A stretch of 64,000 bases of DNA from Massalongia carnosa (lineage: Eukaryota). The DNA lies in NCBI GenBank assembly GCA_965645245.1, contig OZ287067.1, positions 2,108,001-2,172,000 of the forward strand, in the 5' to 3' direction. A model generated the notes under the pieces. It saw only the letters and a list, made by a program, of their open reading frames with translations. It was not told the DNA's origin and searched no databases. How positions within the stretch are numbered: position 1 is the stretch's first letter; each line of letters opens with the position of its first letter. Both the position numbers and the translations under genes were made by a program. Below are positions 37,780 to 50,790 of this stretch, in pieces.

Positions 37780-39889
37780 ATGCACATCAACGAGAAGCTC
37801 GCTGAGGCGGCCAGGAATGGACAGCCAATTTTCTCGTTTGAATTCTTTCCCCCAAAGACAGCCCAGGTGAGGCCTGCTCAGCTTGCTGACTTAGCATCCC
37901 TACTTACTTTCCTCTAGGGTGTTCAGAACCTTTATGATCGTAAGATCCTCATGCTCCCTAGAGCGAGAAACGCCTCCTTTTTTTTTACCGCCCCTTGCTA
38001 ACTTGTGGAAGGTATGGATCGCATGCACGACCTTGGCCCTGCTTTCATCGACGTTACTTGGGGAGCGGGCGGTAGCGCGTCTCAATTGACTTGTGAAATG
38101 GTTCATGTAGCTCAAACTGTTTACGGCTTTGAGACCTGCATGCACCTTACCTGTACCGATATGGAGAAGAGGAAGATTGACGATGCGCTGGAGGAGGCGT
38201 ACAAAGCCGGCTGTACTAATATTCTGGCTCTTCGCGGAGACCCTCCCAGAGAAATGGAGAAATGGCAAGCCATTGAGGGCGGCTTCCATTATGCCAAAGA
38301 TTTGATAGAGTATATCAAACGGAAATATGGAAATCATTTTGACATTGGTGTCGCCGGCTATCCCGAAGGTCTCGAGGATCAGCAGGATTCCGAGATACTC
38401 ATGGAACATTTGAAGGAAAAAATTGATGCTGGTGGCACATTCATCGTGACCCAGATGTTCTATGATGTAGAAATTTTCCTCGCTTGGGTAGATAAATGCC
38501 GCGCTCGTGGTATAACCGTGCCTATTGTTCCCGGGATCATGCCCATACAGACACATGCCGCATTTCTACGACGGGCAAAATGGTCAAACTGTCGCATACC
38601 CGAGAAATGGTTGGAGGTGCTGGATCCAATTAAAATGGACGACGCAGCGGTCCGAGAGGTCGGAAAAGGGTTGGTGACCGAGATGTGTCGAAAAATCCTT
38701 GCAGCGGGGATTTTTCAGCTGCATTTGTAGGTGATACGTCTGCTTTGACTGAAGCTTGCTTACCATAAGTAGCTATACCATGAACCTTGCCCAAGCGACA
38801 CGCATGGTTCTCGATGAATTAGGTCTTACCTCCAAGGACGGAACGCCAACGAAGAAAGCCTTGCCTTGGCGACAGTCGTTGGGGCTCAATCGACGGGAGG
38901 AAGATGTCCGACCCATCTTTTGGAAAAACCGCAACAAAACCTATGTTGCGCGGACTCAAGATTGGGATGAATTTCCCAACGGCCGATGGGGCGATTCACG
39001 TTCTCCAGCTTTCGGTGAATTAGATGCATACGGAATTGGGTTGAAGGGGACAAACGAGCAGAACATCAAGCTGTGGGGAAAACCCGAGTCATTGAGAGAT
39101 ATGGCGAATGTTTTCATACGGTTTCTGAAAAAGGAACTACAAAGCCTACCGTGGAGCGAATCCCCCATCAGCAGCGAGGCGGAAGAGATTAGGCCTGAGC
39201 TTATAGATCTGAACCAGCGAGGGCTATTGACAATCACCTCACAGCCATCAGTGAATGGGCTAAAGTCTACCCACCCAGTACACGGATGGGGCCCTTCGAA
39301 CGGTTACGTCTATCAGAAAGCATACCTAGAAGTTCTCGTGCCTCCTGAGCTCATGCCTACTCTCTTTGATCGAATTGAACAAGATAAGGGCGTGACTTTC
39401 TATGCCGTGAATAAAGACCAAGATTTACGAGGCAACCCTCCAACCGCCGAGCCTAACGCGGTGACTTGGGGAGTATTTCCCGGCAAAGAAATCGTGCAGC
39501 CAACGATCGTCGAGAGCGTCAGCTTCTTGGCGTGGAAAGACGAGGCATTCCGCTTTGGCACAGACTGGGCTCATTGCCACCCTCCAGAGAGCGCTAGCCG
39601 CAGGCTAATCAGTAGCGTTATGGACAGTTGGTATCTCGTCAATATAGGTAGATGCTCTTTGTTCTCCGTTTATATAGTTGGTGACTAACATAAGACCACA
39701 GTGCACAACGATTTCCACCTCAAGCACGGCATTTTCGACCTCTTCCAAGGCCTCGAGGTCAAGAACATGGATGATCCCTTCACCACCATCAAGCTCCTAA
39801 CAAACGGCCACTATCCCCCTAACCCCATGCTATCGAATAACAAGTACAAACTTGATGTCCGTCCAGCCCAAAACGAGGTCCTGAATTAA
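37780..39889 (+). CDS. MET13: Methylenetetrahydrofolate reductase
   Basis: FSFEFFPPKT, FIDVTWGAGG, ILALRGDPP, VAGYPEG, TQMFYD, WDEFPNGRWGDSRSPAFGEL and NAVTWGVFPGKEIVQPT; includes a 22-nt exon at 37918-37939. Confidence 0.96.
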
Positions 39890-41558
39890 TCCTTCTCCCT
39901 CGGTTATTGCCTTTCGAATGTCATAACTGTAGACCTTTGCGTTCCTTCCCCTCTTCGGTTTTTCTTCCTTGTTACTTTCTAGAAATAGACGCATGGCCCC
40001 CCAAAAAATCCAAACACAGAATCATGCGAAGCATAGCGAGGCGGTGCGCTGCTTTTCGGCACTCTTTAAAGAGACCAGCCATTCAACATCTCATACCCCC
40101 GCAGGCGTTTCCTTGTCGCGCGAGTTTTCTCAACGATCTCGGTGCGGGGTGTCTTCTTAGTTTCGGAGGGGAGGGGGAGTTGCTCCGTTAAACATAGGTT
40201 TCATTTCTCTAGGGAAAAGGCTAGGTAGGCAATTTAACGCTCGCGGTAGATCTCAACGATCGTGCTGCTTAATGTGCCCGAATGGGTGGATGGGTTAGCG
40301 ATGCGCGAAGAGGTATAGAGCATTAGCTTTGGCGCCCTTTTTCAACAGCTTTCGTTCGCATCACCGGGAGGGGGGGCAGAGGGGTACGCGTGCGTATGTG
40401 CGTGGCGAAAGGATGGGATTTGTAGGTCGCTGTTACATAGCTGCCCAGCGGAAAGATATCAAAGTGCAAGAGAGGCATGATCGTGAGATTTTGCGTGAAG
40501 GCCGGGAGCTTTCTTTAGCTCCCTCTCACTCCTCTTATCGTTCACTATTGAACTATCCATCCATCCATCCGTCCGTCCGTCCGTCCACCCCTCATATTTC
40601 CATCTCATCCCTCCGAACCCAGCTATCTATCCCTCTTTTGCTCCGCTCCGCTCCGCTCCACGTCTTCTATTTATCTTGCTCTCGTATCCCACATACACAC
40701 CATCCCCACCATTCAATCCTGTAAAACACCACAACCCTGCTTAGCCACCTCCACCCCAAAAACTTCCACTGTTATATATCGTAGACTAAAGGGTCCAAAT
40801 CTCCATGGTTAAACTCTTTCATGTAAGACCGATAACAAATACATGGGCTTGGGGTTAGACCTAATCCGGGGGTTTTTTAACTTCTCGGAGTAATATCACC
40901 ATGACCATGTTTCCCATAGAGCTTCTGGCGGTTGTTGTAATATCGCTTACACAAAAGCCGATATTGGGTAGTAGTGGTGTCTTTGTTCGTTTGAAGTATT
41001 ATAGGTAGGGAGTGCCCAAACCAAGGGACTGGAAATGAATATGTCGCAGCAGTCTAGGCGTATTAGAGTGTTGCTTGATTTGAGAATAGCAGGAGGATTG
41101 AAGAGTTCCGAAGGGCTGAAGGGGAAGATAGATGTGTGTGCCTGGCGAGATGCCTTCTCCGGATTCGTGATATGGGTTTGAGCTGCGAGAGCCATTTCCT
41201 CTTACAGGGCTGTTATTTTCTGATAGACCGTGGATTAGAAATAGTTATGGAAGGCAAATCTATTGCTGAGGGGTTGTAAGGTAGGACAGGGCGCTTTAAG
41301 TGTCTTGCTATGCCGAGGAGATGTAATGCCGAAGACGGCGGTTGAGCGGATTTAAGACCGTTGGATTCAATATTGGACGGTCAAGGCCGTTTTCGTGTGC
41401 AAAGATCTCAATCGCTGAGTGTGTTACGAAGGCGGAAGAGATATATAAGGGTTCCCCTTCATCCTCTAGAAAAACTCGTTTGATATCTTGGCCTCTGTTT
41501 AAGTCTCATCGTGGCGGCATTATAAGCGAGACTTAGATACAGGTTGTGCACAATGTCT

Positions 41559-42355
41559 TTAATGTGGCTGTGATGCCATCTCGTTGTGTGCTGGCAATTC
41601 TCTTCTGTGGGGTCTAGGGGCCAACACTTCTGTTGTTGGTATCCCCAACTGGTTTACTTCTCCTGTGATATCGATATAGCAAGAAAGCCAAAATTGCCAT
41701 GATGAGCACGCCGAGAGGCACACCAAGGCCAACACCAGTTTTTGTCGAGGCACTCATGTCTGATGAGTGGTGCCCTGTGGGTTGTATTGAGGACGACGAA
41801 GACGGGCCATCAGGAATGGTCGTTTTTGATGGCAAATCTAGAACAGAAGTTCCGAGCAATGACGTGACTATTCCGTAGACGGATACTATTAGGGTTACTA
41901 TCGTAGTACTTGATATTGAGAGTCTTGCTATCTGGCGACGTCGAGGTTAAATTTAAGACAGTTACTGTTCTAGAGGGTCTATCCCCGGCAAGGTCGTAGG
42001 CGACACAATAGATACCAACTGGGAATCGTATAGGTAATCACGGAGGCCGGTGGGCTAGGTTGATGGGAGAGGCAATCTACGCCCTGGATGGCAGTTATTG
42101 ATACCCTACCCAGCTCATGGAACGTTGAAATGGAAAACCTACCTGTGGACAACAACCGTCTTCAAAACAGACGAAATCCGTAGGAGATATATCTACATAC
42201 ACAATTACCATGTAATCAATAAGAAAACACAAGAATGTTTCCTTACAATTAGGAGGGCAGCGTTTTCCTCCAGAGTCGGGCTTGATGCACAGGTCACCAC
42301 ACCGTATGGATCCGTCATTTAAGCAAAAGTTGTTGGGTATGATAGTAGTTGCCAT
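41559..42355 (-). pseudogene. Degenerate single-pass membrane protein (Cys-rich N-terminus, S/T-rich stalk, Mid2-like TM)
   Basis: Fragments CLNDGSIRCGDLC...CFEDGCCP and STKTGVGLGVPLGVLIMAILAFLLYRYHRR; no continuous frame. Confidence 0.4.
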
Positions 42356-42737
42356 GACCTAGCAATATATCGTCTTGTTGTTCATAGAACCCCTAAAAAA
42401 GAAGCTCTTATAAGTTTGAAGGATCTTCGGCAAGCTTATGCTACAGATAGCTGAAAAGGATTGAACCGATATCACCTCCCTTTGAGCGCAAACTGTTTAA
42501 ATCCAGAGATTACTACAAGGTATGAAGACATAGAAATCGTGTTTGAAAGAATGACTAAGGTATTTTCGAGGCCAAAGTCCTAACCCGAAAGAAAGAGTAT
42601 CTAAGAACGTCTTCAGAAGGGTTTAGAAAGATCAGTTGAATAAAATGATAGAAGAAGATAAGCGAAGACAGTAGCGTAGGAAATATCCATCTCGGAGAGT
42701 GAACCTTCTGTCCCACCAGCAAACGCTACATACCTAT

Positions 42738-44901
42738 CCCTCCGTCTGGCCGTTTGGCAGCCACCTCAAATAGGCTTAGTTTTTTACCGTAAGGCTGAGT
42801 CGCGAACATCAAAACTTTTACCCCTTTATTTCGCCGCATAGTAAATAAAGAGATAAACATCACTTAAAAATCACCTTAACAGCTAAATTTATTGAATAAA
42901 TCATCATGAGAGGCATAGAAACTGAGGTTCCTGATCAATCAGATACTTTGCCCCCCTCAGTGCTAAAAGAACAGTCAAAAAGAAATAAACCAAGCATGAA
43001 AAGCATCATTGATTCTATTCCCCCTCCGTCATCAAGTTATTCTCCAATTTCAATCCCATTTCGATCACCCCAACCCTACGAGACATTGGGCTTGATAAAA
43101 CAGACTCCCTACAGTTTATTCTCTCTCTTTTTCAGCTCTGATTTATTGAGAATTGTAGCCGAAAACACCAATTTGAAAGCAAATAAGAAGTATTCCCGCG
43201 ACAGTAAGGAGCAACGTCGATGGCACGACACGTCAGCTGCTGAAATAGGAGCTTTTTTGGGAATTCTTCTATATATGGGCCTAGCTCGTATGCCTCGTAT
43301 CACCGACTATTGGAATACCACTTCAAACTTTGCCATTCATGAGATGATTACCCAAGCCATGAGTCTCAAAAGATGGGAGCAAATCAAGCGATTTTTGAAG
43401 ATATCCAATCCCTACGAGACCATTGATACTCGAGGCCCTGATTGGTGGAAAAAGCTGGAACCATTGACCACAGACTTTCGAAAACCATCAAAGAAATACT
43501 GGATTCCTGGAAGCCATTTGTCAGTTGATGAGCAATTGATTTTATTCAGGGGATGAAGTTGCCACACCATGCAAATAGCCACTAAGGCGGCTGGTGTAGG
43601 CTTCAAAATCTATAGTCTATGTCAGAATAATTACCTTTTTGACTTATTATTTACCTCCAAGGTGAGTCAAAAGATGAGCTGGAAAATGAGCTAGAAAATG
43701 AGCTGAAAATAAGCTAACTAACTTTGATAAATAGGTGTCAAAAGTTAGTGAGTTGAAAACAGCTCGACAATTACATTTTTCAGCCAGCAAATGGAATTTA
43801 ACCCCATCTTCCCTGATTGTCATTCAACTGTGTCGGAATTTACCTTCTTATGAGACGTCAAAATACGCCGTGTTTCTTGATAATTTCTTCACCAATATCA
43901 GACTTTCCAAAGCATTGAAAAGCATTGGAATTGGGGCTTGTGGGACGGCCAAATCGGGATGTGGATTTCCAGCTGATTTACTACGTCTCCGTGCAGCTGC
44001 CACAAAGAATAAAGACTAGGGGAAAAAGGCTATAACCACAGTTAAAGAAGACAGAAAAATCATTGAAGAAGGGGACATTCTATGTATGGCTTGGGTGGAT
44101 TTAAACACCGTACAATTCATGACCACCATTCATACAATTGAGGAAATGGAGACGATAATCTACAAGAATGCTCGTCGACGTCATGGAATTCCCACAGATT
44201 GCAGAGTCATCGTTGACGAAGAAGAAAAGCTCTCATTTCCCATGCCCATCGTGGAATATAAGCAGCACATGGGCGGGTCAGATGGGAATGCTCAGCAAAG
44301 ATCGTACTATTGTCCTGAAAGATCTGATCGATGATACTGGTGGCCCTTATTCATCTTTCTTTTAAAAGGAGTCGTGTTGAATGCCTTCAAATTGTGGATC
44401 ATTCTTTATCCTGATTCAAGACTCAGTCATTCGGAATTTCAAAAGAAAATAGTTCAAACCCTACTAACCAATCAAGGGGGTATTCTACGAAAAGGCGTCT
44501 CAGCATCATCAATTTCAGATGAGGTAGTATGCAAATAAATGGGAGCATTTATCTAAGAAAGCCTATTGTTTGGCTTGCAAAAGGCAAATGCCCACGCTCA
44601 AACGCCGCCGGCCACTTGCCGAAATAGAAGGAAATTGCACCAAAAGAAGACGTGCAAGTCAGACCATCTGGCAATGTAAGAGCTGTGGGCCTTGCTGCAA
44701 AAAGGAAGCATGTTGGGACATTTTACATATACATAGATCATGAGGGGTAATTGAGGTGTTGTACCCATTGTGCCATTATCGTCAGAAAGGGAAAATGCAG
44801 TAAATCTGATTGGTCAGATTAAAGTTATTAGTCATTACCCGGTGACGGTGCGTGTAAAACTGAATATTACCTAAATAGCTGCCAAACGGCCAGACGAAGG
44901 G
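42738..44901 (+). mobile_element. piggyBac-like DNA transposon, inactivated, 24-bp TIRs
   Basis: TIRs ccctccgtctggccgtttggcagc / gctgccaaacggccagacgaaggg (1 mismatch). Transposase 42906-44743 has SVDEQL, FLDNFF, YKQHMGGSD and a C-terminal Cys-rich domain, with an intron at 43662-43734 and in-frame stops at 43554, 44017 and 44332. Confidence 0.93.
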
Positions 44902-45499
44902 ATAACGTCCCGTGCCGTGGATCTAGAATAGATTTCTATTCAGAACCTCAGCCAATGATCAGAAGATTTATCCCAATGAACGATAGCTTTCGCAACGGGC
45001 TCGAACTGTGTTCTTGGGACGAAAGCGTAGATGAATGACATTCTATAAGTCCGCAATGCGCCTCTATGTTCGCTTTTGAATGAAGTCGTGACTGTCCAAG
45101 TCATGACGCCGTGTATAATTGCTGCCAACATCCCGTTCTCCATAAAATAGGTCTACAAAGAATAGAAAAGTGATTTGGAGAACTTTGTTCTTCTTGCAAA
45201 CGTTCCGACCTCAACATTTAGACGAACACAACAAACCCTGATAAACCAAACCAGGGCGATGGAAAATATTACAGAATATATGTGTATCCATTCTGAATCA
45301 GTATCGACCTTGCTAGTTAGCTGTAACCAATCAAAGTTACTCGTATAATACCATAAATTGTAAGTTATTCAGTATCAAGGTACGATAAGTTACAAGTAAC
45401 GCATCTTACAGCCCCACAAAATGATCAAAGATACGAAATGATACCAACTCAATATCGAAATTGCACAATCCGTTTAACTTCGCGGCAGCTTCACCAGCA

Positions 45500-47335
45500 A
45501 TGTTTGCTGTCCCAGGGTGGTCGGTCTCGGCCAGTTCACTGACTACTCAGAGGGAAGCGCATCGAGCAGTTAGTTCCAAAGAGGCAGATACTGGAGCAAG
45601 CACGGTGAAGGCCTGGAGAAAAAGAAAACGAGGCCAACAGCAGACCAAAGGCTCCAACATAACAGACGAAAATCTGGCAGATCTATGGAGGAAGCATATT
45701 GAAGGGAGAACGCCAGAAGGAAAAAATGAAAAGGCTTCGTTGAAGATGAAACAGCGCCAAAAGAAGAAGAGAAAGAAGGAAGGGGAATTAGTTGGCGAGG
45801 AAGCCGTGAATGGGATGGGAAATAAGGCCCTTGCCAAGCCGAAACTTGGTCGAGATGAGGAGAGAGCTGAAGACACGAAACCGATTGAGGTCAACAACAT
45901 CAAGCCGAGCCCCATGGGTAAAACCAAACTAGCCAACTACAATGGCGCCCCACAGACTCTTCAAGCTTCGGTCAAGAAGCCCTGTTCTGAGTTAGACGGG
46001 AAAGCCAAATATCTGCAGAGAAAATCTCTAGCGCTTAAAAAGCAGGCTCGAAAGAGTCTTCAGCAAGTCAATGGTGACCTTCCACCCCCTCGACCAACTC
46101 AATATTCCGACATGATTCCTGCTCCGCCCGCTAATTCAAAATCTGCAAAATCTTCTTCAAGAACCAGTCCGACCCGTTTAAAATCTTCCCCAGCACCAAG
46201 CACCACCGCGCGTCCCTCGCTCCCATCTCCACCTCCACTAATTCCATCCACGCGCTTGACCCCTCTTCAAACCTCTATGCAGCAAAAGCTTATATCCGCC
46301 CGCTTCCGTCACTTAAATCAAACTCTCTACACAACCCCTTCTGCCCACGCTTCAGCCCTTTTCTCTGAATCACCAGCATCCTATGCCTCTTACCACGCCG
46401 GTTTCCGCACCCAAGTGGCTGTTTGGCCGCAAAACCCCCTCGATACCTTCATTGCCGACTTTAAAGCAAGAGCGCAAGTTGGAGTCCGAGGCGAACCACT
46501 AGGCAGCCAAAAGAAGCGCTGGCGCGAGCAGAAACAAGGTAAAGTGCCGGATACAGCGACTAGAAGCGAGAATGATAACAACGCCGCCATTCCAGCACTT
46601 GACCCGCTCCCCCGCTCCCCACGCGGCCTCTGCACAATCGCCGATCTGGGCTGCGGTGACGCCACTCTTGCCGCAAAGCTGGCGCCCCTTTGTAAATCGC
46701 ACTCCCTACGTGTTCATTCCTTCGACCTCGCGGCCGGCGATGGACCCAACGCGCACCTGATCACCGTTGCAGATTTGTGTGGCACCCTTCCCCTACCCAA
46801 TAGCAGCATTGACGTAGCAGTCCTTTGCCTTGCGCTCATGGGCACCAACTGGGTCGAGGGCGTGCGCGAAGCCGCCCGCATCGTCCGGCCCGGCGGCGAG
46901 GTCTGGGTCGCGGAGATCCGATCACGGTTCGCGCGAGCGGGAGGAGTGGCGCCGCGAGCGAAGGGAAACCGAATCGGTGCGCCGCGCCATCACGATGAGG
47001 ACCTCCAAGCGGAACTAGACAGTGCGGAGGGCCGCGGCGGCGGCAGTGCGCAGCAGAAGGAGGAAACCAACGTGGGGCCGTTCGTGCAGGTGTTTCGCCG
47101 ACGGGGCTTCGCGCTCCGGGGCGAGCCTGACGTGGGCAACAGGATGTTTGCGAGGATGCGGTTCGTCAAGGAGTCTTCTTCGGGCGCTGCGGTGCCGGCC
47201 TCGGCGGACCGCCTAGGTTCGGATCGGGCAGGGAAGGCGAAAAGGCTCATGCCGGCGACGAGCGGGGAGGAGGATGGTGGCGGTGGGGTGGAGGAGGGGA
47301 AGGTGCTGAAACCTTGTGTTTACAAGATCCGCTAG
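45500..47335 (+). CDS. RRP8: 25S rRNA m1A methyltransferase Rrp8
   Basis: MFAVPGWSV, KLISARFRHLNQTLYT, YHAGFRTQV, IADLGCGDA, CLALMGTNW and LKPCVYKIR. Confidence 0.95.
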   Translation: MFAVPGWSVSASSLTTQREAHRAVSSKEADTGASTVKAWRKRKRGQQQTKGSNITDENLADLWRKHIEGRTPEGKNEKASLKMKQRQKKKRKKEGELVGEEAVNGMGNKALAKPKLGRDEERAEDTKPIEVNNIKPSPMGKTKLANYNGAPQTLQASVKKPCSELDGKAKYLQRKSLALKKQARKSLQQVNGDLPPPRPTQYSDMIPAPPANSKSAKSSSRTSPTRLKSSPAPSTTARPSLPSPPPLIPSTRLTPLQTSMQQKLISARFRHLNQTLYTTPSAHASALFSESPASYASYHAGFRTQVAVWPQNPLDTFIADFKARAQVGVRGEPLGSQKKRWREQKQGKVPDTATRSENDNNAAIPALDPLPRSPRGLCTIADLGCGDATLAAKLAPLCKSHSLRVHSFDLAAGDGPNAHLITVADLCGTLPLPNSSIDVAVLCLALMGTNWVEGVREAARIVRPGGEVWVAEIRSRFARAGGVAPRAKGNRIGAPRHHDEDLQAELDSAEGRGGGSAQQKEETNVGPFVQVFRRRGFALRGEPDVGNRMFARMRFVKESSSGAAVPASADRLGSDRAGKAKRLMPATSGEEDGGGGVEEGKVLKPCVYKIR

Positions 47336-48560
47336 CCGGCCTGCTTTTCGCTGCACATAGGATTTCTCAGAAAAGAAAGAATTTGCCAATAAGAAAAGCT
47401 TGGAAGTTTTTCTTCCCATACATCTTTGCATCACATGGCATTTAATGTTCCTGCCTTTCACCCAACTTCCTCTCCCTTCCCCTTCCCTTTCCCATCCATC
47501 TATCCTCGCTTCCCACTCATTCCAAGCACATAAATCCCTCCTATTATATATCCTACCTTCCTATCCTCTCCATCCTTACCCTTCCTCCCGAAACCCAGAA
47601 GTCCAAAATTTCTAACCAAACCGGCTGTTAGCTTCCTCCTCCTCAGTCTTCAGTCGTCAGCCTTCTCCTTGACACTGTCCAGATAGCTAGCTAGCTAGAG
47701 GGCGTTGCCGGAACTTAGTGAGAGCCTTAGTCTCCGCTCCGCTTTTTCTTCTTCTTTTCTCTTGGTATGGTGTCGGATCAGATCGTGTCGTGAGGTAGGT
47801 GGATAGAATAGATAATGTAAGAGAGAGAGATAGGGTAGATAAATATGCACTGTACGGTGTAAATGAATATCCCAAAAGAAAGAAGGGGGGAAGGGAAAAC
47901 GAAAAATTAGAAGTGGAAAAAAAAGGGGGGGATGACGACTGAAATGAATGGAGTAGAACAGAACGAAGAGGAATTCGGGAGAGAGGGAGAGATACCCAGA
48001 TATGTATCGAAATGAGTGAGTGATCGGCTAGATAATTCCCCTGAAAAAAAGAGAAAAGGTAAGGGATATGAAAGGGAGGAGTTGAGGATGATGAATCTGT
48101 TTTAGATTCTAGTTTTTTTTAATTAAAAGAAACATGAGAGGTTTGTAAGAAATAAGGAAGATCTCGAAAAGAAAAAGGGATTATGGAAACGAATGATGAG
48201 TAAGAGCAGCAGATGGAAGAAAAAAGGGGAGAGAATGACGCAGAGAATGAACGATTAATATAACAATGCTGCCTAAAAAAACAAGATTTCCTTCATAAAG
48301 CAACACGTCACGATCAGTTCTAATCATCCGATTTCTCTCCTCTAAAAAAACACCACGAAAACGCAAAATCTAGAGAACCAACCACCGGCCGCCCGTTTCA
48401 AAATCAGACATACACCAAAACGAAATGGAAAGAAAAAAGGACAAGGCACGTCCGAAAATAACGGTTCAACCTGCTCTGACCTTACCTGCGCTTTCACAAG
48501 ATATTTGCCTTTCTGCCATGACGGGTGGGAACCGTAACACCGGCAAGTTGGGAGAGCCGC

Positions 48561-50011
48561 TTAATTGAAGAACATTCCCGCCGCCAGGTCCACATTGCCA
48601 TTGGCCGCCTCGAGGAAATGAATCGCTTGCTCCCGCGACAGGCCCATTTCCATCAATTTTGCGACCGATTCCTGCGGGAATGTGGAATGCGCAAAGGTTG
48701 AGGCTGATGGCTGTCTATGCGCGGCGGATGAGCTTGAAGGCGCTGCTGCGGGCCCTTTGCCTTTAGAAGCCTCAAGTTCCGCCGCGGAATCTTTGGTGAC
48801 GGTGCCGGAAATCGCACCGGTTCTCATGCCCGAGGGCCCAGCCACGGTAGGCTCGTCGTTTAGGGGTTCCGTGTCCTTAGGTATGTCCGCCTCACCCAGG
48901 AACGGCACAGCTTCGTCACGAATCACCAACACGCCCTTGTTCAAATCTATGCAGGCCTGGTGCCTCTTCAACATGTCCAGTCCTAGCAACAAGTCGACGC
49001 TTTTGCCCTCCATCACCGTGAAGCTGCATGGCAAGAAGAAGCTGCCGATTTTGATCTGCGCCCAGTGCACACGGCCGAGAACTTTGGCCGTGCCCACGCC
49101 ATGCGCCATGCCTTCAAACCGTTTGTCGATCAAGCGCATAATGCCGCACAATTCCGCACAGGAAGGTGACATGATGGTGGTTTGAGCCCCGGAGTCGACA
49201 AAGGCTTTGACGGAGTGATCGTTCACTTCCACAGGTATGTAAAGCATATGAACGCGACCAAAAACTACCGTAACGGAATCAGTCGGTCGGCCGGACAGGG
49301 TAGAGAGGTAGGGAATGGGTCTCACCCTCAGGAGCGTAGTCTATTGCGTTTTGCACGTTTTCCATCACACGATCTTCGCGAATCATTTCCTCAATCTTGA
49401 CCTGTGCATCAACATCAAAAGGATCTGCGTTCAGCAGCGCGAGCTCTCGTTGCTTCTGAGCCTCGACGTTTTGCTGCTGTCGTAGCATCTCGTGCCACAC
49501 GTAGCGAAAGCGTGCAGGATCAGAAGCTGCATCCGCAAGCTCTGGGTTCTGCGATCGGATATTGGCGAGGACCTCTGGGGCCCCGAGAGCCTGGAGACGG
49601 ATTACTTCGGGGTCCGGGTGTCTGGTTCGTCCTCGGTTTGCCTGATCTCGAGCGGCGTGAGATCCTGGCCGCAATTGACCCGGGCCTCGTATTTGTGCTC
49701 CACCATGAGCGTCTTCTACCAGCATACCCAGCATGGCGTCTTCTTCGATTTCGCACTGGCGAAGGGTTTTGGAGTCATCAAGCAGCTGCCTGTTTTTGTA
49801 GAAAAGGGTCTGGAGTGGAGGGGACACATTGGTATCACCTTGAATGACTGCTTTGAGATCGGCAATGGTCATCTCTTGTCCCACATCAATAGTTAACAGA
49901 TCTTGTTCGACTGCGCCTTGCGGCGCGGTAATGGAGATAGTGATTTGCCTGCACGTGCGGGTTAGCAACTGCGATGGGAGGGTCGGGAAGGCCGAGGTGA
50001 AGCACAGACAT
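48561..50011 (-). CDS. DDI1: DNA damage-inducible aspartyl protease (UBL-RVP-UBA)
   Basis: UBL N-terminus, [27 protein letters not shown] and C-terminal UBA. The start codon is split by the first intron. Confidence 0.95.
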
Positions 50012-50752
50012 AGTTCACGACGCCTTTAGCAGCTCGAACGAATATGGATATTTCCCCCTAGAACGCCCGGAGCGATATCTTTTGCTAGGGCGTGGTAGGC
50101 AGGGGGTGGTGTGCCGCTTCTCGACGAGTTTCACAATATTTCCGAGCGCGGATTGTTGCCTGTCAGCGTGTATCACAGTCAGCAGCAACTAAATGTAGCT
50201 TGAAACATTGCGGTAGATTTGGGTGGGGGTGTGTGGGAGGGGAACAAAGTATGCAGGCGATTGTTTGCAGGCTGAGCAACATGATGATTCCAGACGGCCA
50301 CGCATGCTAGGCAGGAGTGAAGATGACAAGCAGCATGGAAGCGGCTCGAATCACCTGGAGAGTCCCCGGCCCAACACTTTGATTTCTTATTCATCCGCCG
50401 TACCGTGGGCATATTGGATTGACAAGTGAACATGAGAGAAGTGAAGGTCAATATCAAGAACCTCTCTATGACTTTATAATGCCCTCGAGTGTGGGGGGAG
50501 GGGGAGGGGGTTGTTTCGGGGAGGTGTTTTGGGGGTGGGGGTTCAAGAGGAAGACGGGAGATGTTTGTTTGTTTGTTTTCTTCCTTTTTTTCTTTCTTTC
50601 TTTCTTTCTTTCTTTACTAGGGACTGGGACCTGGTGACTGGCGTATGGTGCCTGAGGATAGTAGGAACCACGTAGAGAGTACGAATTCAGGTGACGCAGT
50701 AAGGCAATGCATTGGTGGCATCTCCGGGGTCGCGTGAATAGCATTTGGATGA

Positions 50753-50790
50753 TGGAATGGGTGGATGGATGGATGGATGGATGAATGAAT
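50753..50790. repeat. (TGGA)n-type microsatellite
   Basis: ggaatgggtggatggatggatggatggatgaatgaat. Confidence 0.7.

Noticed and set aside
37918..37939. 22-nt MET13 micro-exon
   Set aside because: Real, but short exons are ordinary in fungal genes.
18189..39889. FOL1, URA5 and MET13 as a folate/nucleotide gene cluster
   Set aside because: They are separated by many unrelated housekeeping genes, and no shared motif was seen.
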